A stretch of 64,000 nt of DNA from Octopus vulgaris (lineage: Eukaryota): assembly GCA_951406725.2 (NCBI GenBank), contig OX597814.1, forward strand, positions 218,488,001 to 218,552,000, read 5' to 3'. The translations under genes were made by a program, and so were the position numbers. The first letter of the stretch is position 1, and the number at the start of each line of letters is the position of its first letter. Below, in pieces: positions 1 to 13,160 of the stretch. The notes beneath the pieces are model-generated. The model saw only the letters and a list, made by a program, of their open reading frames with translations, made no database searches and was not told the origin of the DNA.

Positions 1-452
1 CTCCTGGAATCTGTCCAGAGACATGCAACCAAACGCATACCCTCCATCAGACACCTACCATATTCTGAGCGCCTTGTTTCCCTGGGCATGGATTCACTGA
101 AGCTCCGGCATCTGGCGACGGACTTGGTAAACACCCACAAAGTTATCAACCACCTCACCAACAACAACACTGAACACCTTTTTGATCTCCATGTGTCCAA
201 CACATGGACATGCCTACAAAGTCAGAAAACAGCACAGCTCCCATGACTTTCGGAAACATCTTTTCACGCTCAGAGTTGCTGAAGCATGGAATAAACTGCC
301 TGCGTCAGTTGTTGACTGCCATGACACCGCATCCTTTAAGGCCCTCATGCTTTCCGAAATCCGCCGAAACTACACCTGATTATACATACACTTTAGATGA
401 GTTGTAGTGCACCTGAGCACTGTACACAATTATTATTATTATTATTATTATT
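1..452 (+). mobile_element. CR1-like LINE 3' end (ORF2 C-terminus, frameshifted) with (ATT)n tail
   Basis: Translates LLESVQRHATKRIPSIRHLPYSERLVSLG...HGHAYKVRKQ...FRKHLFTLRVAEAWNKLPASVV..., the typical CR1/L2-group ORF2 end; frameshift near 205; ends in an ATT repeat. Confidence 0.85.
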
Positions 453-894
453 TAAAGAACAATTTAAATTACTTGCTCAATTATAGTAATTAACTGGTAA
501 TGACAGCTAGGTTTCGAAGTTGGTTTGCTGACTAACTGACCATTACTAGCACAGCTATGTTGTTTAGTGACAGTCAAAGCTAGCCTAGTTTATCCAATTA
601 CAAATAGATGAGTTGGATGAAATACAGTTCACTGTTGCGAGCAATGAGTGCCCTGTGAAATGGGTAGGATATTTCATTAGCATGCAGGGTTTTCTCAGGG
701 GTAGAATAACCTCAGCCAGAGAAGTTCTGCAGTGATGGAAATAATTCCATCTGAGCATGTGTGTGTGTGTATCCACCCATGCAAATGTGTGTCATTTTAT
801 GGCCAAATGCAGTAAATAATATATACTTGTGCTTGAAATGAAGATGTATGTCTATTTAGATTGACTCAGACTTTGGTTTTCTGCATGCTTTATG

Positions 895-1305
895 CAGCGT
901 AGGAGTGGCTGTGTGGTAAGTAGCTTGCTTACGAACCACATGGTTCCGGGTTCAGCCCCACTGCGTGGCACCTTGGGCAAGTGTCTTCTGCTATAGCCTC
1001 GGGCTGATCAAAGCCTTGTGAGTGGATTTGGTAGACAGAAACTGAAAGAAGCCCGTCGTATATGTGTATATATATGTGTATATATGTGTGTTTGTGTGTC
1101 TGAGTTTGTCCTCCCGACATCGCTTGACGACCGATGGTGGTGTGTTTACGTCCCCATAACTTAGCGGTTCGGCAAAAGAGACCGATATAATAAGTACTAG
1201 GCTTACAAAGAATAATTCCTGGGGTCGATTTGCTCGACTAAAGGTGGTGCTCCAGCATGACCACAGTCAAATAACTGAAACAAGTAAAATAGAGTAAAGA
1301 GTAAA
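895..1305 (+). mobile_element. tRNA-derived SINE, family A (octopus-type, CORE-like centre, internal microsatellite, AGTAAAAG tail)
   Basis: A box TGGCTGTGTGG, B box GGGTTCAGCCCC, then GCACCTTGGGCAAGTGTCTT; more than 15 homologous copies in the window. Confidence 0.85.
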
Positions 1306-1565
1306 ATGCACAGATACATGTGTGTGTGTGTATCCTTTTATTTTTACAGACAGACAGACAGACAGATATCTGATGCTTCCACAATTTCATCAACCCAATT
1401 CACTCACAAGGCATTTATTAACCTTAGACAATAGAAGACACTTGTCCTTGATGCCATGCAGCAGGACTAAACCTGAAACCATTTGACTGTGAAACAAACT
1501 TCTTCACCACACAGGCATGTTGACCTCAGTACTTTTCTAATTTCCCATGAAAATATGTCTGGTAA

Positions 1566-2125
1566 TCATCATCATCATCATCATCGTTTAACGTCCGTTT
1601 TCCGCACTAGCATGGGTTGGACGGTTCGACTGGGATCTGGGAAGTCAGGAGGCTGCACCAGGCTCCAGTCTGATCTGGCAGTGTTTCTACGGCTGGATGC
1701 CCTTCCTAATGCCAACCACTCCGCGAGTGTAGTGGGTGCTTTTTACGTGCCACCTGCACAGGTGCCAGGGGGGGTCTGGCATCGGCCACGATCTGTTGGT
1801 GCTTTTAACGTGCCACCGGCACGGGAGCCAGCCAAGGCGGCGCTGGCATCGGCCACGTTCGGATAGTGCTTTTTATGTGCCACTGGCACAGAAGCCAGTC
1901 GAGGCTGCCCTGGCATCAGCCACGTTCGGATGGTGCTTTTTATGTGCCACCGGCACAGAACCAGTCGGCGGCGCTGGCAACGGCCACTGCCACCGGCACA
2001 GGTATCACAACTACTATTTCCATTGATATTTGTTTCGATGTTCATGTACATGCATTGACTCAACAGGTCTCCTCAAGCACAGCGAGATGTTCCGGGATCC
2101 AAGGTACTTTGAATGGGCAGGGGCT
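1566..2125 (-). mobile_element. RTE LINE 3' UTR fragment with (GAT)n tail and internal GTGCC-GGT-GGCAC tandem units
   Basis: Homologous to 35648-36283, which begins with the last RTE ORF2 codons; (CAT)n at 1566 is the antisense tail. Confidence 0.75.
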
Positions 2126-2549
2126 ATGCGGAACCCAAGGGGCTAGAAAATATTCCTTGGTTTGGTGAGGGTTGATAACAGGGAAGTTATCCAACTAGAG
2201 AAAATAGAATCTGCTTTAAGAGATTCCATCCAACCTATATGAGCCTGGTAAAGTGGATGTTACAATGATGGAGGGGGAGGAACTCAAACTGAAAATTTGA
2301 AATTTTGCTAAAAATAAAATTTGTTTGCAATTAAAAATTTTTGTAGTTCTATATTTTTGATTGTGTTATTTCACAAATAAAAGTTTAAACAGATTATCAT
2401 ATGTTTAATTTTTTTTCCCTTTTTTTTTTTGTGAATAAAAACGGAAGAAATTATTAAAAGAAATTAACATTAATTATCCTTTAAATTGTGCAAAAGTTAC
2501 TGCATTAAAAATTTGTTAGAAATTTTTCTTTATTTGACTTTCTTTTTCA

Positions 2550-3770
2550 GGGAGTGAGCTGACCGATTCATTAGCTGACAGATTCATTAGCTGACCGATT
2601 CATTAGCTGACAGATTCATTAGCTGACCGATTCATTAGCTGACAGATTCATTAGCTGACAGATTCATTAGCTGACAGATTCATTAGCTGACCGATTCATT
2701 AGCTGACAGATTCATTAGCTGACAGATTCATTAGCTGACAGATTCATTAGCTGACAGATTCATTAGCTGACAGATTCATTAGCTGACCGATTCATTAGCT
2801 GACAGATTCATTAGCTGACCGATTCATTAGCTGACAGATTCATTAGCTGACAGATTCATTAGCTGACCGATTCATTAGCTGACAGATTCATTAGCTGACT
2901 GATTCATTAGCTGACCGATTCATTAGCTGACAGATTCATTAGCTGACAGATTCATTAGCTGACAGATTCATTAGCTGACCGATTCATTAGCTGACAGATT
3001 CATTAGCTGACAGATTCATTAGCTGACAGATTCATTAGCTGACAGATTCATTAGCTGACAGATTCATTAGCTGACAGATTCATTAGCTGACAGATTCATT
3101 AGCTGACAGATTCATTAGCTGACAGATTCATTAGCTGACCGATTCATTAGCTGACAGATTCATTAGCTGACAGATTCATTAGCTGACAGATTCATTAGCT
3201 GACAGATTCATTAGCTGACCGATTCATTAGCTGACAGATTCATTAGCTGACAGATTCATTAGCTGACAGATTCATTAGCTGACCGATTCCTTAGCTGACA
3301 GATTCATTAGCTGACAGATTCATTAGCTGACAGATTCATTAGCTGACAGATTCATTAGCTGACCGATTCATTAGCTGACAGATTCATTAGCTGACCGATT
3401 CATTAGCTGACAGATTCATTAGCTGACAGATTCATTAGCTGACCGATTCATTAGCTGACAGATTCATTAGCTGACAGATTCATTAGCTGACCGATTCATT
3501 AGCTGACAGATTCATTAGCTGACCGATTCATTTGCTGACAGATACATTTGCTGACAGATTCATTAGCTGACAGATTCATTAGCTGACTGATTCATTAGCA
3601 CACTGGACAAAATGCTATTATGCATTTTGTTCTTTACGTTCTTAGTTCAAATTCCTGTCTTTCATCGTTTTGGGATTAATAAAGTAGTACCAGTTGAACA
3701 CTGGGGTTGATGTAATCAACTTACCCACTCCCAGAAAATTACTTGTGCCAAAATTAGAAAGAACTATTTA
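2550..3770 (+). mobile_element. tRNA-derived SINE, family C (Meta-domain-like), with its head expanded into a minisatellite
   Basis: GGAGTGAGCTGACCGATTCATTAGC...CACTGGACAAAATGC...GTTCAAATTCC...TTTCATCGTTTTGGGATTAATAAAGTAGTACCAG matches the intact copy at 22868-23095. Confidence 0.7.
2557..3600. repeat. 16-bp minisatellite (AGCTGACAGATTCATT)n, about 65 copies
   Basis: Direct tandem repeats with an A/C variant (GACAG vs GACCG). Confidence 0.97.
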
Positions 3771-3954
3771 ATATCTGTGTATCATTTCAAATTTAATATG
3801 AATTTTTTCATAGTTTGTACAGATGGTACCAATGGGTCTGTATAGATTGGCAGCATGTACCGATGAGATACTACATAGTAACCAACCAGTTCAGTGCCTT
3901 GCAGTTCTAATCTCAAATCCCCGCCCGTCTTAATTTTGCATTTCATTCCTTCAT

Positions 3955-4111
3955 TCTACACTCACGGAGTGGTTGGCATTAGGAAGGGCATCCAGCCATA
4001 GAAACACTGCCAGATCAGACTGGGCCTGATGCAGCCTTCTGGCTTCACAGACCCCAGTTGAATCGTCCAACCCATGCTTGCATGGAAAGCGGACGCTAAA
4101 TGATGATGATG
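3955..4111 (+). mobile_element. RTE LINE 3' UTR terminal fragment with (GAT)n tail
   Basis: GGAGTGGTTGGCATTAGGAAGGGCATCC...CATGGAAAGCGGACGCTAAATGATGATG. Confidence 0.75.
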
Positions 4112-5011
4112 GTTAAACGCTGTTGATACAACAAACTTTACCTCACAGATACTTTTTTTTACATAAAATAGCTTTTAAAAATGACATGTCTGGGGAGATT
4201 TTGTGAGATCCTAAAGTTATTTTGGTATTGTGGGGATTACCCTACACTTTAAATCTGTAAGGTCAACTAACAAATGCTTTCTGTCATTTAACAAAAGTTG
4301 TTCAGGAAATCAGGATGCTCTACTGAGTTGCTAACAGCAGATTTCAATACTTTTTGCATGTATGTGTGGGTGCATGATTATTTTGAAAATACCTCATTGA
4401 TTGACGATCATGCCCTGCATAGTTACAGGCTGCCCCTTTGGCAAGGCAAAGCACCCATTCAGCCATCCTGCCAGGGATACAGAAATGTCATGGGACTGCT
4501 GTATGGTAGATCTTTTTTTTTTTTTTTATGAAGAGGTAGCGGAAGAGTTCAACTGAGCCAACAGTGCTTCTTATGTTGATGCTGAGTGGAAGAATCCTAG
4601 AAGACTAATGGTCGAGATCACCAAACTCTATCAAGAGAGTAACTGCAATGCATCCATGCAGGTGGAATCAGCTAATGAAGAATTCACTATGACTCAAGCT
4701 CCCAATTCAAATTCTAATAATGGAATTGGATGGCAACAAAAAGTCATAGGAATTTGAAAAAGAAGCCAAAGAGAAATATGTGTGTGTGTTTTGGTTCTAG
4801 ATGCTGGATCTTCTTCATTCCTATACTTCCAACAAAGACAATTCTCATAAGAAAATAGATACTTTTTTTTTATGTATCTTCTCTTTGTTGATGATAGGCA
4901 AAACAGAAATTTGCGAAATATTTGGCTTCCCAACAATTGTTTGGGTCTTGTAAGTGAAGAGTTTGCATTTTATCAGTGAAATATGGGTTAACAATGTTTG
5001 AAATAAAGATA

Positions 5012-5440
5012 TACTCTCTTTACTCTTTTACTCTTTTACTCTTTTACTTGTTTCAGTCATTTGACTGCAGCCATGCTGGAGCACCGCCTTTAGTCGAGCA
5101 AATCAACCCCGGGACTTATTCTTTGTAAGCCCAGTACTTATTTTATCGGTCTCTTTTGCCGAACTGCTAAGTGACGGGGACGTAAACACACCAGCATCGG
5201 TTGTCAAGCAATGCTAGGGGGACAAACACAGACACACAAACATATACACACACACTTATATATATATATACATATATACGACAGGCTTCTTTCAGTTTCC
5301 GTCTACCAAATCCACTCACAAGGCATTGGTCGGCCCGGGGCTATAGCAGAAGACACTTGCCCAAGATGCCATGCAGTGGGACTGAACCCGGAACCATGTG
5401 GTTGGTTAGCAAGCTACTTACCACACAGCCACTCCTGCGA
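5012..5440 (-). mobile_element. SINE family A
   Basis: Reverse-complement full-length copy with (TTTTACTC)n tail. Confidence 0.85.
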
Positions 5441-6916
5441 CTATATATTTCAGATTTGCTAAGAACTTTCAGCTATGCTATGATGCATACATACACACGC
5501 ACACACACACACACACATGCACACACACACACATGCACATATGTACACATTTATGTATACAAACATACATCTTATACATAAATGACAATTTCTGTCTGTT
5601 ACCAATCTTGCTGCCTACACCAGTAAACCAATATTGACAAAACTTTGCACACATGTTAAACTAACATCCAGTTCAATCATAGGTTAATTGGACTTCAATA
5701 AAAATCTAGGTGTGGGGGGGAGGCTATTATTTGATAAAATGAAAAGGGTGCATGAGTGTTAGTGTGAGAGAAATGTAGTGGTATAGTGAGTGTGCCTCAT
5801 ATCAGAGAAGGGGAAAACAGCATTGTGTAAGTGACAAATATGGAGTGGCAATGGAATGATAACATTAATAGAGCTGTCATTCAGGGATATACATGTGATG
5901 CTGCACACATACTTTCATAAATACATAAATACATGCACCCACACACACACACACACACAAGTAACTTTTAAAATGCTGAGGAAGGGAAAGAAAGATGGGT
6001 GTGAGGAATACTTAGCTTTAAGGAGAGAGGGGGTAGGTAGCTTTTCTGCTGTCCATTGCAAAGAAACACTCACACACAGACACACACACATATATATACA
6101 TGCATATGTACATACATACGTCTACTATGCACCATTTTAAACTCGTGATTACCTGTGTCTATGTTTGTGTAAGTGTGTGTGTGTGTGTGTGTGAGATGTC
6201 CTGTAACTGTTTATCTCTCTACAGTTGTAGGGTCTTCTCTGTTGCTGTCACATGTTGTGAAATTTTCAAATTATGTTAAAATTTTCAAATTTGGTGTAAG
6301 GAAATAATTTTCCAAGTTAAATCTGATTTTGTTATTTATTTGTTCCAGAAAAATTGTAGAAAAATGTTACTGAGGTTTAAAGTTTAATCAATTTTACTTA
6401 ATCAGAAAACAGGATTTGGAAGCTGGCATTTTCTGCGTGATAGCTGTCTATCACAAAATGAAAACAAAATTATTACAAAGAGGAATTTTTATTAAAAAAA
6501 CAAACGCAAAGTATTACAATGACCAAAGTTGTAAGAACTTCTGAAGTTTTAATAAGTTTAATGAATAAAGTCATATGATACAGTCAAACAGACAGGTAAA
6601 TAATTTAAAAAGGTAAAAAAATCCTCAGCGAAATTTTTTTGCGGAAAATTGCACAAATCTCTCCTGATCAAGAGGCCTATCTGTTGAAGAAGGCATGGTC
6701 TGACATGGAATAAACAAAAATATACATGAGACATTTTATTGTAAAAACTGCCTGGCAATGATGGTCTATTCAGCTAGTACATGTGTGTGTGTATATTATA
6801 CTGTCACCTCTCTTTTAAAAGTGTAATAGTCTAAAAAAAGTATCGAGTAAGCCTTCAGTTTAATGTTAGATTGTTTTTATTATAGCTCAAAATAAAAGCA
6901 ACAGTATATAATATAA

Positions 6917-6955
<39 letters not shown>

Positions 6956-7195
6956 CGTTAGGAAGGGCATCCAGCTGTAGAAACACTGCCACATCTGACT
7001 GGCCTGGTGCAGCCCGGGCTTCCCAGACCCCAGTTGAACCGTCCAACCCATGCTAGCATGGAAAGCGGACGTTAAACGATGATGATGATGATGATGATAT
7101 ATATAGTTATCAAAAAAGGGGGTCGAATTAATTAATTGTTAATAAATTCGACCAAGCAGTATTCGGTATGTAAAGACCATTTACGGTATATTTGA

Positions 7196-7483
7196 AGTAT
7201 TAATTTATAAAAATATGGTAAAGTAAAAGAATTCACTTTACACACACCGAACTTTTCAGAAATAGCAGCCAAAAGTTTGGCTATTTCTTCAACTGCAAAT
7301 AAAAGTCTCCAGACAATGCATGCTCAGAAAAATTTTTCTGAGTTATTTTTCTGAGCATGCATTGTCTGGAGACTTTTATTTGCAGTTGAAGAAATAGCCA
7401 AACTTTTGGCTGCTATTTCTGAAAAGTTCGGTGTGTGGTAAAGTGAATTCTTTTACTTTACCATATTTTTATAAATTAATACT
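7196..7483. repeat. Near-perfect palindrome (arms about 138 bp) within an insertion between TA runs
   Basis: 7196-7333 is the reverse complement of 7345-7483. Confidence 0.92.
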
Positions 7484-7577
7484 ATATATATATATATATA
7501 TGTCCATATATATATATATATATATATATATTGTTATATTTCGGAATGGTCATATTGCCAGTTTAGCCAATTTAAAC

Positions 7578-7628
<51 letters not shown>

Positions 7629-8262
7629 ATATATACATACATATATTAACAACAAAAAATTAGAGTAGTAATCTATTTTTTAAGAAGATAATTGTATAGG
7701 TGACTATACAGTGAAGTGCTTTATAGATGTAAAACCAATGGTCACTGTACATGTATACAGGTAAGTGGAAAAACAAAAGAAAGAGGTACTCAACACATTT
7801 AGTACGAGTTACACTTGCTTGACCAAGGATCTTTTTAAACTCAAGGAAAGAAGTATTTAGTCAATGCCCACATCTAAGATGTTTACTGTTACAAACTTGG
7901 AATTCTACGTTCATTGTATAGAAGAACCTTAACAACATCTTCAAATATCACAAGGCCAGAACCAATGCAAGAGAGATAATTCCATCCTATATGCAGCACC
8001 ACTTTTATGACCATTCAAGATGTATATTTTTTGTTTACAAACGAACTGAGCAGGATGTCTTCTTCCCTCTAGTTGTAGAGTGGTTATGTGCCTTTGGCCA
8101 TTTGTGTCTGACTAGTCACCTATATAACTAAGTGTTTTATGGGTACGAAACCAATAGTCACTCTCTGACTGTCCTTAACAATCAACCTCCCCCAAAAATA
8201 CATTACTGTTCTAATGTTTTAGGACATGCTTTTTTTTTTCAGATATATAAAATGCTGACAAC

Positions 8263-8295
<33 letters not shown>

Positions 8296-8824
8296 ATCTA
8301 TTCTAAAAATGTTGTTATTAAATATTCTTTTAGTTGATTCTCTGTGCATGCATGCAAGTGTATTCCATCAATGTTTATTGCATTGTAATAATGTATGAGA
8401 ATAAGCAATTTGTTAATTGAACTCTTACAGTGAGTGTATTTTATGATGCTTACACATCAACTCAATATACATACACCTGTGTGTGTGTGTGTGTGTGTTT
8501 GTATATGTGTACGTATGTATGTTCACATGCATACATGCATGTATGTATGCATACATGTATGTATGAGTAAATTTTTAAATAAATTAGCCATGGAAGGAGG
8601 AACATTGTCCATGATCTTTGAAGACCCACTTAGATTAGTGAACTCGATTTAGTTAATGCCTGGCCTTCATATCTGTAAGCCAATGTCTACATTTGAAATG
8701 TGAGCAGAGGGAGGGGTCATATCCATAATGCTTGCAATGTCATGAATCTCACAAAAGTTGGCTCAAGGCATAGATGTGGTGTTAACTAGTCATTTTAGAC
8801 TAATTATCCTATGTTATTCTAGAG

Positions 8825-9091
8825 CTAATATAACCAGAACAATGAGAAAGAAAGAGACGACACTATTCCTATATAGATCCCCAGATAACCGTTGACAATA
8901 CTGCTGTCATTGCAAAAGTCTTTGTCATCACAACAGGTGCGGAGGAAACAACCAGTAACATTATATTTGCGTGGATTAGATGAGCAGTTATGAAATTCTT
9001 CTGTGGTGTGTGAAGTGCAGATTCCAGCCGAGCATGACCTAACAATTGACTTGTACCGAGGGAAAAGTCTTCCAAGCTGATAGATAACTTT
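8825..9091 (-). CDS. Ly6/uPAR three-finger GPI-anchored protein (quiver/sleepless-like), terminal coding exon 3
   Basis: Acceptor ttttttacAG, phase 0: KVIYQLGRLFPRYKSIVRSCSAGICTSHTTEEFHNCSSNPRKYNVTGCFLRTCCDDKDFCNDSSIVNGYLGIYIGIVSSLSFSLFWLY*; CC-x5-CN LU terminal motif followed by a hydrophobic GPI-signal-like tail. Confidence 0.9.
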   Translation of the reverse strand, partial: KVIYQLGRLFPRYKSIVRSCSAGICTSHTTEEFHNCSSNPRKYNVTGCFLRTCCDDKDFCNDSSIVNGYLGIYIGIVSSLSFSLFWLY

Positions 9092-9199
9092 CTGTAAAAA
9101 ATAGGTAAATAAATAAATTAAAAAATATATAAAAGAAGGGCTGAATAAGATTAAAAAGAAAAGAAAGAAAAGGGGTTAACAAAACAGCTTCATCATGAT

Positions 9200-9610
9200 A
9201 TGAAGGAGTGGCTGTGTGGTAAGTAGCTTCCTAACCAACCACATGGTTCCGGGTTCAGTCCCACTGCGTGGCATCTTGGGCAAGTGTCTTCTGCTATAGC
9301 TCCAGGAGAACCAATGCCTTGTGAGTGGATTTGGTAGGTGGAAACTGAAAGAAGCCTGTCGTATATATGTATATATATATATGTGTATGTGTGTGTGTTT
9401 GTGTGTCTGTGTTTGTCCCCCTAGCATTGCTGGACAACCGATGCTGGTGTGTTTACGTCCCCGTCACTTAGCGTTTCGGCAAAAGAGACTGATAGAATAA
9501 GTACTGGGCTTACAAAGAATAAGTCCCGGGGTCGATTTGCTCGACTAATGGCAGTGCTCCAGCATGGCCGCAGTCATGACTGAAACAAGTAAAAGAGAGT
9601 AAAGAGAGAG
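9200..9610 (+). mobile_element. SINE family A
   Basis: Full-length copy in intron 2 of the Ly6 gene. Confidence 0.85.
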
Positions 9611-9634
9611 TATATATTTGCTGGTATATAATGG

Positions 9635-10125
9635 ACATGTCCCACATATCCTGAAAACCAAGTCCTCCCAAACTGTGATGGTCCGTGGATGTGTCTCTTG
9701 TGAGATTGACATCATGCTGCCTCACATCTTTGAACAGGGGCTTAGGCTCAATTCAAACGGCCTTGTGAAGTTGCTGGAGACTGTAGTCAATCCCTGGTTG
9801 GAGAGGGTTGCTGCTGGAAGGTCATATGGGCGACAGCAGGATTCAGCTTTTTGTCATACCTCTAGAAAGAGTGAGAAGTGGTTACTGGAGGATCCCTATG
9901 ATTTCACTTCCAGCCCCAATTTCTATTCTCCTAATTTCTCTAATTGTAATCCAATGGATTATTATGTGTGGGGTGTGAGTGAGAAAGACATCAACTGCTC
10001 TGCCTGCAACACCAAGGCTGAGCTGGTGGTCAGGATCAATGAGGTATTCGATGATCTTCCTAGGGAAGCAATGACGAACATTTGCACCAGGTTCCAGAAC
10101 CATCTTGAGGCCGTAGTTTTGATTT
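9635..10125 (+). pseudogene. Tc1/mariner superfamily transposase fragment (maT/DD37D-like)
   Basis: TVMVxGCVS...QQDSAFCHTSRKSEKWL...SPNFSNCNPMDYYVWG...RFQNHLEAVV; D-to-D spacing 38 residues; N-terminus missing. Confidence 0.85.
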
Positions 10126-10262
10126 TTTAAAATATATATTTTTTTTTGGATGAGGGATTCCTTTTGTGTAAACTGACAAAATTAGCCAAAACCTGCCAAG
10201 AGGAAGTTCTGTTTCTGCTTGTATTTTTAATGAAAACAATTGAATAGAGGTGATAGAAAGTA

Positions 10263-10309
<47 letters not shown>

Positions 10310-10711
10310 AAGTTGCAAGGAAAGAAAGTAAAAGTAGTAGAATGTGTGAGAAAAAAATAAAAAGTATAAAATGAAATAAAAAAGGAAGGGGTACAAATGA
10401 AGGGTGTAAGGGAGAAAAGAGTAAGGTATTTAAGATTCTAAAATTTGGTTATCTCATAGTGATTAGAATTAGTTTTCTGATTGAATCATACAGTTGAAAT
10501 CTTCAATAACAAACGAATTTTGGTAAAAAATATATTAAAGCAGGTATTTTAAGAATTTGCTAGACAATATAGAGTTTAAAAATTGCTCTCTTTTAGTAAA
10601 AGTTACATACTCATAACTAATTAATAAGTAACTTTATTATTATAGTATAGATGTGTACTCTTTAGCTCTGAATGCCAAACAGTTCTAACTTACTACCCCT
10701 TCCAAACATCT

Positions 10712-11359
10712 TTAACCCTTTCATTACTGCATTTATTTTGAGATGTTCTGTGTTTTTTTTCAATTTCTTTCACTATAACAAAGAATTTAGTAAGATAACT
10801 TAGTTATCATTCAGCTAGTGTTAGAAAGAGAGAATACCAAACTCATTCCCTATGGATACTGTATTTATTACAACTCGTGGCTTGTAAACGTATCTAACTC
10901 GCTTTCGCTCATTAGATACGTTTATAAGCCACTCGTTGTAATAAATACAGTATCCATAGGGAATGAGTTTGGTATTTTATTTATTACACACGAATAAACG
11001 ACCATATTTTATTAACCCAATAACTAAATTCTTCACGTTTAGTTGTAACTTGTGAATGACAAAAGTAGTGCCGTCACCGTGACCTCCGGTCATCACCATG
11101 AATTGACCAATCAGAAGCAGCGCTGTCACCATGACCTCTGGTCATCACCATGGATTGACCAATCAGAAGCAGCGCTTGCAGTATCTGACATATGTTAGAT
11201 ACCAAAAATATCTCAAAGTGTTCTCACTCACATGTGTGTAATAAACAATAGATTGTCACTAAAGTTTGGTGGAAGATTTTAATTCAAAACTTACGAAAAC
11301 AAGACATTTGTACTCAGAGCCAAAGCCGGTTTCAGCTGGGTTGGTAACAAAAGGGTTAA
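10712..11359. mobile_element. TTAA-flanked piggyBac-like MITE (CCCTTT...AAAGGG) interrupted by a foldback element
   Basis: TTAA-CCCTTT...AAAGGG-TTAA ends; homologous to the MITE at 53991-54444. Confidence 0.75.
10828..11250. mobile_element. Non-autonomous foldback DNA element (hairpin 10833-10978, tandem CCAAT-box units)
   Basis: About 65-bp arms with ACTCG bubbles; two ~58-bp repeats containing GACCAATCAGAAGCAGCG. Confidence 0.6.
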
Positions 11360-11416
11360 TAAATTTAACAAGAAATAAATGAGCAGAGAGCAATGATAAG
11401 TAAGCAAAGGTCTTAC

Positions 11417-11532
11417 CAAGCATGACTGTCCTTTTTTGCAAACCACTGTCATAGCTTCAGCATTAGGATCAAGTTGGTGGCAATTCTCTGAAATACACTT
11501 CCAGCAACGGAGACCATTGCAAGGGTAGATGA
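11417..11532 (-). CDS. Ly6/uPAR three-finger protein, coding exon 2
   Basis: Acceptor ttgttgcAG, donor GTAAGA; phase 1 in, phase 0 out; (I)IYPCNGLRCWKCISENCHQLDPNAEAMTVVCKKGQSCL with the LxCxxC N-terminal LU motif. Confidence 0.9.
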
Positions 11533-11587
11533 CTGCAACAATCAAGAGAGAAAGAGAATGTCTTCATTTAAAATATCGACTGTAAAA

Positions 11588-11888
11588 TCATCATCATCAT
11601 CATCATCGTTTAACGTCCGTTCTCCATGCTAGCATGGGTTGGATGGTTCGACCGGGGATCTGGGAAGCCAGAAGGCTGCACCAGGCTCCGGTCTTATCTG
11701 GCAATGTTTCTACAGCTGGATGCCCTTCCTAATGCCAACCACTCCGTGAGTGTAGTGGGTGCTTTTTACGTGCCACCTGCACTGGTGCCAGGCGAGGCTG
11801 GCAACGGCCACGGTCGGATTGGTGCATTTTACGTGCCACTGACACGGAAGCCAGCGAGGCGGCACTGGCATCGGCCACGATTCGGATC
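11588..11888 (-). mobile_element. RTE LINE 3' UTR fragment
   Basis: Same family as 35648-36283. Confidence 0.75.
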
Positions 11889-12301
11889 AAGTAAATGGTA
11901 ATATTCTTTATATTGTTTCAGTCATTGAACTGTTGCCAGCCTATGGCCCTACTGCCAAGGGTTTCGTCAGCCATACTCACCCATGTTCTTAGTTCAGTCT
12001 GGTATTTAGCTTATTAATTACTGTCTGTTGAACAACTGTGTTACAGAACATAAAGAAATACAACACATGTGTTTGGAGTAAACACTTATTGTTAAGGATG
12101 CTGCAGTACTCCATCTCCAAATGCAGGAGTTGATGTCTTATCAGGCAGTGAAGTAGCTCTGAAGCTGTTCTGGCCCCTTCCAGCACAACATCAGAGCTAT
12201 CCCACTCCACCAATGATGGTGACAAGACTCCTACACAACAGCATAAAATTTGTCAAGTAAGATGTCATAACTCTGACCCAGAAATAAATACAGATTGCAT
12301 G

Positions 12302-12402
<101 letters not shown>

Positions 12403-12769
12403 CAGGTTTTCTCCTATTGAATTCCACTCACAAACCATTGGTCGACTCATGGCTGCAGTAGAAAACACCTAAAGATCCATGCAGAAGAATCAAACCTGGA
12501 AGTACATAGTTCAGAAACTAATTTCTGAAACACTGAACTATGCCTAAAGCCTATTTATATAATTTTGAGAATTCTCACCATTCTCATCATTCCTTTGCAT
12601 ATCTCAATAAAATGGTTTGGCATTTCATTTGCTGCCACTTCTGTAGCATTGTTTTGAGAGCCAAAGTTGAATAATTGAAGTGGCCAGTGAATGGAATTAA
12701 CTTGTATCAGTAGCAAGAAGCCACTAACTTATGAGGAATTACTCCCAGTTGTAAAACTGTTGGACTTGT

Positions 12770-13160
12770 TTTTTCATTTCATTTCATTTCATTTCGTTTG
12801 AGTTTGAGTCCATGCTCAGGCCAAGTCGAAGACTCCACCCTCATAGTCTGGTGTGGTTGCCAGGTTGTATTCTCTGTTTAATTTTGACATGTGTAGGAGT
12901 GAGTTTGAGTCAGTTTGTGCTTGTTGTGTATATCCTGGGAGATGGGGTTCATCTCTAATGGTGCTTAAGTATCTATCCAGCTGCAATTTGAATGATTCCA
13001 CACTGCATCCTGATAGATTTCTGACATGTACCGGAATGGAGTTGAATAGTTGTGCTCCTCGAACCAACAGACTTGACTCTCGCAGGGTTTTTGCTGCCTG
13101 GCCAGCCTTTTTGTTGATTGGTGGTAGCTGGCAGGGTTATGGTTTCAATTCCTAGACTGG
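12770..13160 (-). mobile_element. CR1-like LINE 3' end with (TGAAA)n tail
   Basis: VRGAQLFNSIPVHVRNLSGCSVESFKLQLDRYLSTIRDEP...SNSL is a CR1-type ORF2 C-terminus. Confidence 0.8.

Noticed and set aside
2557-3600. CRISPR-like array
   Set aside because: Contiguous tandem repeats with no unique spacers, eukaryotic context, no cas genes
8869-9075. 68-aa ORF from the track
   Set aside because: Wrong frame; the Cys-rich LU frame at 9091-8825 is the real coding frame
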